A stretch of 64,000 nt of DNA, from NCBI GenBank assembly GCA_963702845.1, contig OY969763.1:96001-160000 (forward strand), read 5' to 3'. The notes beneath the pieces were generated by a model. That model did not search any database. It was not told where the DNA came from and worked only from the letters and a program-made list of their open reading frames with translations. The DNA is from an uncultured Verrucomicrobiae bacterium (GTDB lineage: Bacteria > Verrucomicrobiota > Verrucomicrobiia > Limisphaerales > Palsa-1400). Shown in pieces: positions 27,545 to 36,858 of this stretch; positions within the stretch are counted from its first letter, which is position 1, and each line of letters opens with the position of its first letter. The position numbers and the translations under genes are program-made.

Positions 27545-28621
27545 CTAATATGCGACCTCATAGCGTCGAGCGAGGCTAGTGGCCGTTTTCTGAACGTTGG
27601 CGGCCAATTCTGCGGGCCGCACAACATAGGCGTGGGTGCCCCAGCTTAGGATCCAGCGTTCGATTTCTTCGAGGCCGCTGAGGCGCATGCGCATTTGGGA
27701 ACCGCCGCATGGCAGCTCGGTCACGACCTGGGTTGGATGCCATTTTCGGCCGCGGAGTTGGTCGGTTGCAAAGGCGTCGAATTCGATCACGACTTCGTAA
27801 TCACCGGTGCCCTTCATAACACCGAAACTGCCGTCGAGATATTTGTCTGGATCGAAGTCCTTTGGTTTGGTGAACGGGTCACCGAGGCGCGGATTGGTTA
27901 TTCTGCCCAAGACGAAGGTGCGGACGTCGGACCGATCGATGTCGTATGCGATCAGATACCAACGGTTGTCGATGCAGGGCAAGTGATACGGATGGACGTG
28001 ACGCGACTCGGCGGTTTTTTGTCCAGGTTTGCGGTATTCGAATTTGAGCGCGCGATGATCCTGCAGCGCGCGCGTCACGATCTGGAAGATTTCGATGTCT
28101 GTGTCTTCTGGTGCGAACGGACGGAACGAAAGCGCCTCCTGCATGTTTTCCGCCGTGTATCGTTCCTTTCGATCCAATTGGCCGGTTAGCTTTGCGAACG
28201 CCATCAGCAGCGGTTGGTAAAATGGCGTGCCTTTGTATTGTTCGATTGCCTTGTGCGCGACGAGGAGCGCGAAGAGTTCGGATTCAGTGACCTTTACAGA
28301 GCCGGGGAATTTGTCGACGGGTTTGGAATAATAAAAGCCGTGGCGGTTGCGGTCGTATTCAATGGGCAAGTCAAAGTGGTCGCGCATGAATTGGAGGTCG
28401 CGTGCAACGGTCTTGTTTGAAACTCCCAGGTCAAACGCGATGCTTTGCGCGTTCGGAAGTTTGCCTGCTGCGATCAGTTCGTGAATGCGGAGAATTCGCT
28501 CCATGGGTTCTCTTCGGAGTTTTACAGGGCGCATGCTGCGATGGCCCGCGCGTGTGAGGGAGTGTTCACGAATTTCGGAGACTGCGGGTTTGTTATTTTC
28601 GTATTCTTTTTGAATTTTCAT
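27545..28621 (-). CDS. HTH-WYL-WCX transcriptional regulator
   Basis: VSNKTVARDLQFMRD HTH; RHVHPYHL...RWYLIAYD...RTFVLGRI WYL; WILSWG. Confidence 0.92.
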   Translation of the reverse strand: MKIQKEYENNKPAVSEIREHSLTRAGHRSMRPVKLRREPMERILRIHELIAAGKLPNAQSIAFDLGVSNKTVARDLQFMRDHFDLPIEYDRNRHGFYYSKPVDKFPGSVKVTESELFALLVAHKAIEQYKGTPFYQPLLMAFAKLTGQLDRKERYTAENMQEALSFRPFAPEDTDIEIFQIVTRALQDHRALKFEYRKPGQKTAESRHVHPYHLPCIDNRWYLIAYDIDRSDVRTFVLGRITNPRLGDPFTKPKDFDPDKYLDGSFGVMKGTGDYEVVIEFDAFATDQLRGRKWHPTQVVTELPCGGSQMRMRLSGLEEIERWILSWGTHAYVVRPAELAANVQKTATSLARRYEVAY

Positions 28622-28640
28622 ACCGCAAGCGTAGCAAAGT

Positions 28641-28665
28641 CACTTGGACAAAGGCTGTCCAAGTG
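28641..28665. promoter_or_regulatory. Perfect inverted repeat, candidate WYL operator
   Basis: CACTTGGACA-N5-TGTCCAAGTG, 20 bp upstream of the WYL ORF in the divergent intergenic region. Confidence 0.75.
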
Positions 28666-28794
28666 AAACTTATCCAAAAAAGGGGTGGTTAAGGCCTAAG
28701 GGCACTGAGCGAAAAGGAGTTACACATGATGTTGAATATTGTAACTGTCAAATATTCTGTGCAAAATGACAGACGAAGTAAGTGATTCCAAATT

Positions 28795-29604
28795 TTGAAA
28801 ACGAAATCTGCAAAAGCCGAATTGGAGCGACTCATTTGCGAAAATGCGGAACTAAAAGATAAAGTGGGTCGGTTGGAGTCTGCACTGTCAGGTACTGGAG
28901 GTAACCCCGCAAGGTACGATTTTGAACAGGCCCTGGCTCACAGGCTTCGCACACGAATGTTGGCGCTGGAATGCTTAATCTATGCAATCGGCATTCCAGA
29001 AGATGAACGAAGCACCGTTTTTGATACTGTACACGATTTAAGGCGCATTACAGACAACTTCATGAATCTTACCTTGGCAAACGAGATGAGATTTGAGGAA
29101 ACGACACTGATTGGTATTTTGCGGCGTGCGCTAAAACCACTCACAAGGCCGGACGCTCGGATTACTGTTAACGGCTTCTCTTTGGAGACTTATCCTGAGA
29201 AAAAGGATCAATACGAATTAGTGGCGGACAAGGCAAAACTCGCCGATGTGTTTTTTGAACTGGGCACCAACTCACTGAAATGGGCGCGAAAGTCTCCACA
29301 TGAAATCAAAATATCAGTTGACCAGGTCACAAACGGGTCTGCGGCTGACCGTCCGAAACGAGATGCTTCGCGGAGGTTTAGGATAGTTTTCGAAGACTCT
29401 GGTCGTGGTGTAACTGCTTCAATTAAACCAAAGCTGTTTCAGCCATTCGTCTCTGGTGCACAAGGCGGAACAGGGCTCGGACTCGCGATCGTAAATGAAA
29501 TTATTCGGTCTCACCATGGGGCGATTAAGGAGACTGGAGCCCCAGATCAGGGCGCGCGTTTCGAGATAATTCTCCCGATCGACCCCAGAAAACCTTCGAT
29601 GTAA
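28795..29604 (+). CDS. Soluble histidine kinase with no sensor domain
   Basis: H-box-like LAHRLRT, N-box ELGTNSLK, DSGRG, LFQPF, GTGLGLAI; start uncertain. Confidence 0.82.
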   Translation: MKTKSAKAELERLICENAELKDKVGRLESALSGTGGNPARYDFEQALAHRLRTRMLALECLIYAIGIPEDERSTVFDTVHDLRRITDNFMNLTLANEMRFEETTLIGILRRALKPLTRPDARITVNGFSLETYPEKKDQYELVADKAKLADVFFELGTNSLKWARKSPHEIKISVDQVTNGSAADRPKRDASRRFRIVFEDSGRGVTASIKPKLFQPFVSGAQGGTGLGLAIVNEIIRSHHGAIKETGAPDQGARFEIILPIDPRKPSM

Positions 29605-29606
29605 CT

Positions 29607-30740
29607 ATGGCTGACCGACATCTTATCTTGGTAGTAGATGATCATCGTCCAACCGCGATTGCGCTCAAGAAGGTGCTTAACAACCGCAAGCCTAGCTGGG
29701 AGATTCTATTGGCTCACAGTGTCGAAGATGCGAAGCAGACAATCGAAACTCACCATTTAGATGCAGTCGTCACCGACTGGAGGTTAAATGAGCAGGACCA
29801 AGGTCAAACTGGCTTTCAAGTTGTTGAAGCTATGCATAGGAGGGATCCATGGTGTGTCAGTATCCTGATAACTGGGTATCCAGAAGCTTTGACCGGGTAC
29901 GAAAAAGCATTCCCGATGTCCGTTTATGATTGCATATCAAAGAACGCAAGAGGCGTAGTAGTTGTTGACGAACTTTGCATAAAATTGGACGCCGCTCTTA
30001 AGAGAAGAAGAGCACACCAAGATGCCAATTTTTACGCCAGGCACATCGATCACAGGCTTCGTCTGTCCTTTGGAACCACGTTGGACAAATCGCGGATAAC
30101 GTCGCGATGGCTGACTATCATGTTTACCGATATCAGGGGATTCTCCGCGGTTGCCAATCAATTGCGGACCGAAAAGGAGATGATTGCCGATTTCCTCCAG
30201 CAACTCTACGCCGCCACTGTGGATTGTGCGCACAAGCACGACGGCATAGTTGATAAGTTTATGGGCGATGGGGCCATGCTGTTATTTGGTGTTGATGATG
30301 ATGATAATAGTTCCAAAAATCGACGTCATACGAAGAATGCAGTGCGAGCAGCGCTTGATTTGAGGAAACGTTGTGGGCCGATTATTGAAAGTTTTAGAGA
30401 GCAGGCCGCTGGAATGCATGCTGCACAAATCGCAGGCTTAGATTTGGGAATTGGAATCAATACTGCGGAGGTGTTAGTCGGTATAATAAAGACCGAACTT
30501 CGGGATCAGTTTACGGCTTTAGGACATGGCGTGAATCTCGCGCAACGTTTTGAAAGCATCGCTGGAAAGTCCAGCAGTCCAAACGCAAAACACCGTTATG
30601 GCAATATTCTAATCACGTCAATGGTAGAGAGCCGTATCCGTGGCGATTTTGTAATTAAGGTAGAACCTTCGCTTGCAAATCTGCGCAATATAAATGAGCC
30701 CCATGATGTTTGGAGTGTGGTGCGCGAAGTCGAACGGTAA
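29607..30740 (+). CDS. Receiver domain fused to class III nucleotide (adenylate) cyclase
   Basis: REC: VVDD, VTDWRL, ITGY, ISK; cyclase: FTDIRGFS, DKFMGDG, GIGINT, FTALGHGVNLAQR. Confidence 0.9.
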   Translation: MADRHLILVVDDHRPTAIALKKVLNNRKPSWEILLAHSVEDAKQTIETHHLDAVVTDWRLNEQDQGQTGFQVVEAMHRRDPWCVSILITGYPEALTGYEKAFPMSVYDCISKNARGVVVVDELCIKLDAALKRRRAHQDANFYARHIDHRLRLSFGTTLDKSRITSRWLTIMFTDIRGFSAVANQLRTEKEMIADFLQQLYAATVDCAHKHDGIVDKFMGDGAMLLFGVDDDDNSSKNRRHTKNAVRAALDLRKRCGPIIESFREQAAGMHAAQIAGLDLGIGINTAEVLVGIIKTELRDQFTALGHGVNLAQRFESIAGKSSSPNAKHRYGNILITSMVESRIRGDFVIKVEPSLANLRNINEPHDVWSVVREVER

Positions 30741-30876
30741 ACGATTGAGATTCTGGCTCTTCTGATGGCTTAACTTCGAGGCGTGTCCGCCTTGGCCCAA
30801 TTTGTGAATAAGTTTTTTGAAAAATCTTTGGGTATACCCCCGTAACTGTCCTAGTGCCTCATTTATTATATGCGGC

Positions 30877-31209
30877 ATGAAAGCAAATAACACTGAGAAA
30901 AATGGTTCTAAGCCCGCCGTCGCTGAGGCTATGGCGCGGCCATCCGGCTCGAAGCCGGATTGGTGGGTGGCAGTGCCTGAATCAGAAAAAATAGTTTTGC
31001 GGAATGCGATCGGTGCAATTCGGCTGCAGAAGAAAAGCCGGTCTCCTCAGATTGCCAGTGCGGCGCAGAAATGGGATGCGACCATTTCGTGTTTTATTCG
31101 AGCGCGGCTGATGAATCGCAAAGTGCGACTCTCAACTGGCAACGTGCGGTCTATTTCCCGCGCAACAAACGGGCGTAACCAACAAGGTGGCGCTGGAGCT
31201 CGGGGTTAA
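30877..31209 (+). CDS. Possible hypothetical protein
   Basis: ORF overlaps the 3' end of the repressor; weak. Confidence 0.3.
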   Translation: MKANNTEKNGSKPAVAEAMARPSGSKPDWWVAVPESEKIVLRNAIGAIRLQKKSRSPQIASAAQKWDATISCFIRARLMNRKVRLSTGNVRSISRATNGRNQQGGAGARG

Positions 31210-31603
31210 CCGGACACTGACTGCGTAACCATTCAATCGCGTCCTCAACTTCTTTTGTAAGATGAAATTTTTCGCTCCTGTTCGTCAGATCGATTTCGCC
31301 CTTCTCGGCCTTTCCGGTGGGTTTGATTGTGATTTCAATCAAAGCGGCGCCGGCGATGTCGGCGGCTTCTGCTGGATGCCGGGCATCGGTGCAACGTGCT
31401 GCGATGATTGCAGCCTGGGACTTGGGATCGGCTGCGAAGACTTTGAGTATCGCGACGAAATGTTGGTCACTGAAGTCGCGGGATTCGCCGGCGCACACAC
31501 GGCTGATGAAGCTACGGGACACGCCGGATTGGCGGGAAATTTCGGAATGGGTGATCCCACGTTCGTCGCAGATACGTTGCAGCGCGGTGCCGAGAAAGCT
31601 CAT
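31151..31603 (-). CDS. XRE-family HTH repressor
   Basis: ERGITHSEISRQSGVSRSFISR; divergent from early phage genes. Confidence 0.82.
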   Translation of the reverse strand: MSFLGTALQRICDERGITHSEISRQSGVSRSFISRVCAGESRDFSDQHFVAILKVFAADPKSQAAIIAARCTDARHPAEAADIAGAALIEITIKPTGKAEKGEIDLTNRSEKFHLTKEVEDAIEWLRSQCPVNPELQRHLVGYARLLRGK

Positions 31604-31906
31604 AAAATTTTTTACCTTTGCGTGCGCAGTTTATGCGCCTGCTACGCGATTGCAACCCGAGGTTATGCAACGGTTTGCGCGAAACGACCGCTGTTCCAGC
31701 GAAAAAAGCCGAAAAACAGCGTCAACAATTTTCTCACAAAAATTTGCTGCGCGAAAACAGCGCTAGTTGTCGCTTCATTACGGGAGGTGTCGCAAGTAGA
31801 CACCACACGGGTTCACACAAAAGAGGTCACGCAAAAAACCAGAGGTATAAACGTTTGCACGCGGCCACGGTGCTGCGCGTAACGCTTCGCAATAGAAAAC
31901 AAAGTT

Positions 31907-32167
31907 ATGGAAACAGTACAACAAACCATCGTCACCCTGAAAGAGGGTTACATCACCAAAGATGAAGTCGCGCGGCGTATGAAGAAATCCGAGCGCACTG
32001 TCGAGAGATGGCAGAAGCGCGGGATCATTCCGTTCGTGAAATGCGGCCATGCCGTGCTTTTCGACTGGGTGGATGTGCAACGACATCTGGAAGCGAATTT
32101 CCGCGTTTGCGCGACCGCACAGCTACCCGCTTCAGCCGTCGCACATCTCTCCGCTTCCAAGAACTGA
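31907..32167 (+). CDS. Excisionase/Cro-like HTH protein
   Basis: YITKDEVARRMKKSERTVERWQKRGIIPFVKCG. Confidence 0.85.
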   Translation: METVQQTIVTLKEGYITKDEVARRMKKSERTVERWQKRGIIPFVKCGHAVLFDWVDVQRHLEANFRVCATAQLPASAVAHLSASKN

Positions 32168-32315
32168 GCGTTAGCACGCGGCCACCTCAAATGAATTCCC
32201 GAAGAAAAGGAAAAGTCGGCGAGCGCGAGTTGGGCTTCCCAAGCCTGCCTCAAGTTAGGTGCCCCGAAAGAGACGGTCGCTTCGCGACACGAGATGCCTC
32301 GTTGGAGGCGAATCA

Positions 32316-32762
32316 ATGAATAGTCGAACAAAAGGCAAACGTGGTGAACGGGAATTCGCCTCTCTCCTGCGCGAGCATGGTTTTGACGCGCGACGCGGAC
32401 AGCAGTTCTGCGGCGGCGAAGATAGCCCCGACGTGGTCAGTGAAGCGCTCGCCTGGCTGCACTTCGAAATCAAGCGCGTGCAGAACCTGAATCTTACCGA
32501 TGCGTGCGTGCAAGCGATTGGCGATTGCGGGCAGACGGTGTCTGCACTCAAGGGTGGCGTTCCTAAGCCGTGGGTGGTGGCGCATCGGAGAAATCATGCG
32601 CCGTGGCTGATCACGATGAGCGCTGAAACTTTTTTCAAATTTCTGAGGGGCGCGTTGCCTCCAGATGTAACCGAACAAAACAACAATACTCCGATGCCAA
32701 TTGGCACAGAGCAAAACATAGAAAGCAAAACGTATGAGTCTAGTCCTACAATCAACAGTTAG
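32316..32762 (+). CDS. Holliday-junction-resolvase-like PD-(D/E)xK nuclease
   Basis: MNSRTKGKRGERE...SPDVV...FEIKR. Confidence 0.75.
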   Translation: MNSRTKGKRGEREFASLLREHGFDARRGQQFCGGEDSPDVVSEALAWLHFEIKRVQNLNLTDACVQAIGDCGQTVSALKGGVPKPWVVAHRRNHAPWLITMSAETFFKFLRGALPPDVTEQNNNTPMPIGTEQNIESKTYESSPTINS

Positions 32763-33378
32763 TTCCGATTTCAAACCGCATCCGGAAGGGATTCATCCCG
32801 CCGTTTGTGTCGATGTGATCGATCTCGGCATGGTCGAGTCCGAATACAAGGGTCAGGTGTCACTCAAGCGCAAGCTGCGCGTGGTGTTTGAATCCGAACA
32901 GGCGACTGCCGGTGGGGTTCGTTGCACGATCGGCAAGCGGTTCACTGCAAGTTTGCATCCGAAATCGCGCCTTGCGGAATTCCTCGGCAAGTGGCGCGGC
33001 CGTCCGGTTGTTCCTAGCGAAACGATTGACCTTGCAAAGTTGATCGGTGCGTCGTGCACGCTCGTTATCAGTCATCAAACGGATTTGAGTGGTCAGTTGT
33101 ACGCTGCTATCGATGCGGTTTCGAAGCCGACGAAGAAGGTCGCTCCTTCCGGCCAATACGATCCCGCTGCGGCGCGTCAGCGCATCGCGCAAGCGAAGCA
33201 GGCGAAGCAAGCGGGGCTTGCATCCACCTCGGCTTCGCCGGTTCGCGGAGTGACACCGGCAGCGGCGGCTCCGGCTCGTGCTATGACTCCGGTGCCGTCC
33301 GCGGCTGAGCCGTCCAAAAGCGCCGCGCCGACGTCGGCTCCGGCAGTTCCTGAGTACGATCCTGAAGTCGGATTCTGA
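32734..33378 (+). CDS. Phage SSB-like/replication protein
   Basis: PEGIHPAVCVDVIDLG...ASLHPKSRL...LIGASC; flexible linker and acidic-aromatic tail EYDPEVGF. Confidence 0.7.
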   Translation: MSLVLQSTVSSDFKPHPEGIHPAVCVDVIDLGMVESEYKGQVSLKRKLRVVFESEQATAGGVRCTIGKRFTASLHPKSRLAEFLGKWRGRPVVPSETIDLAKLIGASCTLVISHQTDLSGQLYAAIDAVSKPTKKVAPSGQYDPAAARQRIAQAKQAKQAGLASTSASPVRGVTPAAAAPARAMTPVPSAAEPSKSAAPTSAPAVPEYDPEVGF

Positions 33379-33418
33379 GTTGCGCGAAATAATCCCGTGA
33401 ACACATGACGCCAAGGTC

Positions 33419-33453
33419 ACGCGGGGCAGTGCAACAACTGCCCCGCGTTTTTT
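33419..33453 (+). terminator. Intrinsic terminator
   Basis: ACGCGGGGCAGT-loop-ACTGCCCCGCGT followed by a T run. Confidence 0.75.
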
Positions 33454-33466
33454 GAAAGGAAATTTT

Positions 33467-34300
33467 ATGACACTGATTGATAGACAACCGGCAAGCCATT
33501 GGTATTTGCGAGATGGCCGGCCATTTCATCAAATTGCAAAGAAGGACGGCAGCCTCAAGGCTGTCACGCTTGCAGACGCGCGCAAAGTTCTCGCACTGCC
33601 GAGCGTCACTAACATTTTAGGCGTGCTGGCTAAGCCTGGGCTCGATGCGTGGAAGATCGAGCAAGCAATTTTCGCGGCACTAACGTTGCCGCGCGAGGCG
33701 GATGAACCGCTGGATGCATTCGCGCGTCGTGTCGTTAAAGACATGAGCGAGCAAGTGAAGAAGGCTGCGGATTTCGGCACGGCAATTCACGCCGCATGCG
33801 AGGCCTACGCCATCAATAAGGAACTGCCGGGCACCCAAATGATTTTGGATTTCGTTCGCGAGTGGGTCCTTTGGTTCGACGAAAACGTGGAGCGCATCGA
33901 CGGCATCGAGCAAGTCGTTGTGCATCCTACGGCGCTCTATGCCGGCCGGGTCGATATGGTCGCGAAGTTGAAAGACATCGGTTGGTGCGTGGTGGATTTC
34001 AAAACGCAAAAGGTTAAGCGCAATGCCAAGGGTGAGCCGAAGGCTGCGTTTTATGAAACATGGCCGTTGCAGCTTGCCGCGTATCGGGAAGCGATTAACG
34101 CGTCGACGGGCAAAAACGTCGTCGGCCTAGTTTCGGTGGTGGTCGATAGCGTCGAGCCCGGGCCGGTGCATGTGAAGGTTTGGCCGCAGAATGTTAATTA
34201 CGCGGAGGTCTTCGCTGGGACGTATCTGGCTTGGAAATACATGAAGTGCTACTCGCCAGGTGAAGCGGCCCTGAACTCGCCGAATCCTGAACTGAATTAG
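33467..34300 (+). CDS. Phage PD-(D/E)xK exonuclease
   Basis: PSVTNIL, GTAIH, YAGRVD, VDFKT, QLAAY. Confidence 0.85.
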   Translation: MTLIDRQPASHWYLRDGRPFHQIAKKDGSLKAVTLADARKVLALPSVTNILGVLAKPGLDAWKIEQAIFAALTLPREADEPLDAFARRVVKDMSEQVKKAADFGTAIHAACEAYAINKELPGTQMILDFVREWVLWFDENVERIDGIEQVVVHPTALYAGRVDMVAKLKDIGWCVVDFKTQKVKRNAKGEPKAAFYETWPLQLAAYREAINASTGKNVVGLVSVVVDSVEPGPVHVKVWPQNVNYAEVFAGTYLAWKYMKCYSPGEAALNSPNPELN

Positions 34301-34310
34301 GGGGAGCACA

Positions 34311-34565
34311 ATGGAAGCGTTAGCACGCCGCCACCTTAGCACACTGCTACCTCTCCGCCCACCCGCGCACGACGTGGAACGGGTGCGGCGGCTCATCGGC
34401 AGCAATCCGGAAAGCAACGCCATGGTGTTGCGATTCGTCGCGCATCAATACGGCGTTAAGACTCTGGATGATTTGCCGACGAAGGTGGTTCGGGCAATCT
34501 GCAAGCGGCCCGCAGCTTTCGCCCGCGCTGTTAAGCAGCATTGTGAGACTCACCTTCTCGGTTGA
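34311..34565 (+). CDS. Hypothetical phage protein
   Basis: GGGGAG RBS, co-oriented with early operon. Confidence 0.55.
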   Translation: MEALARRHLSTLLPLRPPAHDVERVRRLIGSNPESNAMVLRFVAHQYGVKTLDDLPTKVVRAICKRPAAFARAVKQHCETHLLG

Positions 34566-34601
34566 CCACGGATGACACAGATGATCAACAGACAGACATT
34601 T

Positions 34602-35075
34602 TTACTGCGCACTCGATTCGATGACGGATGCAACCCGTTTATTAATTTCGGGTTGATTATTCGACACGAAAAGGTCGTACAAGGATTTCTTTTCGGAATC
34701 ACTCAGCGTAGACACCCATCTTTCAAATGCATCCGAACGCGTATCGATAATGGCGCCGGGCTTGCCGTGACTGTAGCGAAGCGGCTTACCGAAAATGTTG
34801 TATGTGGTGCCTCCGTATCGTGTCCAGCGGTGGTGAAATTCGTTGGGAAATTTCTGGGCGATGAATTTCTCAATCAACGAGGAGCTCTCCCAGTTTCCTG
34901 TCTGCAACCCAAAAAAATATGTTCGATGGCCTCTCGTCGAACCGGTGTTTTCGCAAATGATGCCGACCTCCTCGTAGACGGGAAAAATCGGCAATATAAG
35001 GATTGCGGCCATTGCAACAATCGCACAGGCGGCTATGACTTTCCATCGGCGTCGCACGCAGGCAGTAAAACCCAT
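34602..35075 (-). CDS. Antisense cargo gene, N-terminally anchored membrane protein
   Basis: RRRWK then TM helix; occupies gap between phage genes; start uncertain. Confidence 0.6.
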   Translation of the reverse strand: MGFTACVRRRWKVIAACAIVAMAAILILPIFPVYEEVGIICENTGSTRGHRTYFFGLQTGNWESSSLIEKFIAQKFPNEFHHRWTRYGGTTYNIFGKPLRYSHGKPGAIIDTRSDAFERWVSTLSDSEKKSLYDLFVSNNQPEINKRVASVIESSAQ

Positions 35076-35112
35076 CGGTGTGTGGCTCGCGAGTTTTCTT
35101 TGGAGGTGCGGT

Positions 35113-36099
35113 GTGATTGATCCGCGACAAGTCGCTGCGCAGGTGCTTGGGCCGATTGATTGGCAATCGGAGGTCAGCGGCTTTTGTCGTTGTCCTGGGG
35201 AAGCGCTGCACACGAGCGGGAACGGGGAAAAGGATTGTCGCGTCAACGTCGACGGTGCGCCGACAATCTTTTGTTTTCACGCGTCCTGTGCACCTGCGGT
35301 CGCCGCTGCAAATCACAAGCTGCGGTCGGGTCTTGGAAGTTCGCCTTGGGAAATCACCTTACCGGGCGGCACGGTGCTTAGAAGTGGCGATGTGTTGCAA
35401 GGCGACGGGACGGTTCTACAAGCATCTGCCTCCGCTGGAGGGCTCGCGCGACAAGCCGCCGATGGTGAACGCCAGGTGTTAGAAAACGTGCGGGCGTTGG
35501 CGGAGCGGTTCAAACCGGAATTGTTCGGCGCGTTTCATTGGCCGATGGAACGGATTCTTGCGGACTCGCCTTTGCAGGTCAGCGAGCGTGAACCGGAAGA
35601 GCAGTTCCGCGCCTGGCTAAAGTTGTGGCCGGCGCATTCGACGGTTTGGGTCGGCGATGTTTTCAGTTCGGGCAAGCCGGAACACAAAACGCATTTCAGG
35701 CCGGTGGCGGAGTGGTATCAGATCGGGCCGGTGCTCGGCAATTTCACGTGCGGCTCGGCGTTCAAGCCCGGCAGTTTTCAGCGCTCGAATGAAACAATCG
35801 ACGGGCATCGGTTTCTTGTTTTGGAGTCGGACACGCTGAGCCGCGACGAAGTCGGCGCGGTGTTTGCGTATGTGCGGCGGCGACTGCGTTACAAGCTGCA
35901 TTGCATCATTGATACCGCGGGCAAGTCTTTGCACGCGTGGTTTGATGCGCCGCGCACTCGTTTGCACGAGGGGCGATTGAAAGCAGGGCTGGAGGTGTTT
36001 GGGTGTGATCCGAAAGTTTTTACGTATTCGCAACCGGTCCGTGTGCCTGGGGCTTTCAGGGATGGACGGCTGCAGAAACTAGTTTGGTTGAGGTCTTAG
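35113..36099 (+). CDS. Primase (zinc finger plus AEP-like catalytic domain)
   Basis: GGAGGTG RBS and GTG start; CPG..H...CFHASC; VLESD, TAGKSLHAW, SQPVRVPG. Confidence 0.75.
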   Translation: MIDPRQVAAQVLGPIDWQSEVSGFCRCPGEALHTSGNGEKDCRVNVDGAPTIFCFHASCAPAVAAANHKLRSGLGSSPWEITLPGGTVLRSGDVLQGDGTVLQASASAGGLARQAADGERQVLENVRALAERFKPELFGAFHWPMERILADSPLQVSEREPEEQFRAWLKLWPAHSTVWVGDVFSSGKPEHKTHFRPVAEWYQIGPVLGNFTCGSAFKPGSFQRSNETIDGHRFLVLESDTLSRDEVGAVFAYVRRRLRYKLHCIIDTAGKSLHAWFDAPRTRLHEGRLKAGLEVFGCDPKVFTYSQPVRVPGAFRDGRLQKLVWLRS

Positions 36100-36160
36100 C
36101 AGACGGCCACCGATGATCACCCACTTAAATATCTCAATCGAAACACGACCTCGGGAAGGC

Positions 36161-36838
36161 TCACAGCGCACTCAGCGCGTTCGTCGCGATCACACGCACA
36201 CGCTCGTCGGAGTCCTTCAGGTGTTTGCGTATTTCCTGCCTAATGAATTCGTGTTCAGCAGGAATCGTCAGGGCTGCCAGAGTTTCTGCGGGGTTTGGAT
36301 TGTTTGGATCGTGCAGCAGCGAGACGATGGTTTGAATCCCCTCGTTTCCCATGTCTACTATCGCGGAAGCCGCGTTTGCGGCGGCAATAGGGTGCTTTGC
36401 GTCCATAACGGATTTCGAGAGTTGCGGAATCGCGGGCGCGGCGTTTGTTCCAACAATTCTGAAAACGGTCAAGGCAATCAGTACGCGGCGTTCGCCCCGG
36501 GTTATAAGCCTGTAATATCCCTGGAAAATACCAACCTTTCCTGCGGCCGGCATCATCAATTGCTGAACACGCGCGAGGCGAGGCGATTTCTCATAGCTAA
36601 CCCATCGGATAAGTGTTGGAAGAATTTGCGGGGTCATTTTACCCAATGCCTGGGCGGCTGCGCCCTGTTTAGCATCTTCAAAGGTTTGCTGATCCTGTTC
36701 GTAAGCAGATATCCACTGCGAAAGGGTGCGGCCTTTGTATACCGGTTCGGAATCTCCCGTTGTCAGCGCAATGGCGGCAACGATTGCCATAATCGTGCCC
36801 GCTACAAGGGTAATTTTCCACCGTCGCTTCACACTCAC
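36161..36838 (-). CDS. Antisense cargo gene, TM-anchored HEAT-repeat protein
   Basis: KRRWK then TM, EPVYKGRTLSQW, HEAT-like LKDSDERVRVIATNAL. Confidence 0.75.
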   Translation of the reverse strand: MSVKRRWKITLVAGTIMAIVAAIALTTGDSEPVYKGRTLSQWISAYEQDQQTFEDAKQGAAAQALGKMTPQILPTLIRWVSYEKSPRLARVQQLMMPAAGKVGIFQGYYRLITRGERRVLIALTVFRIVGTNAAPAIPQLSKSVMDAKHPIAAANAASAIVDMGNEGIQTIVSLLHDPNNPNPAETLAALTIPAEHEFIRQEIRKHLKDSDERVRVIATNALSAL

Positions 36839-36858
36839 AGAGTAGGCGGGTGCATTGA

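Noticed and set aside
29607..30740. Pycsar or CBASS system
   Set aside because: Cyclase has purine-type specificity residues and a REC domain; no cNMP-binding effector or CD-NTase nearby
33467..34300. Cas4 of a CRISPR system
   Set aside because: No Fe-S cysteine cluster or cas context; sits in a phage recombination module
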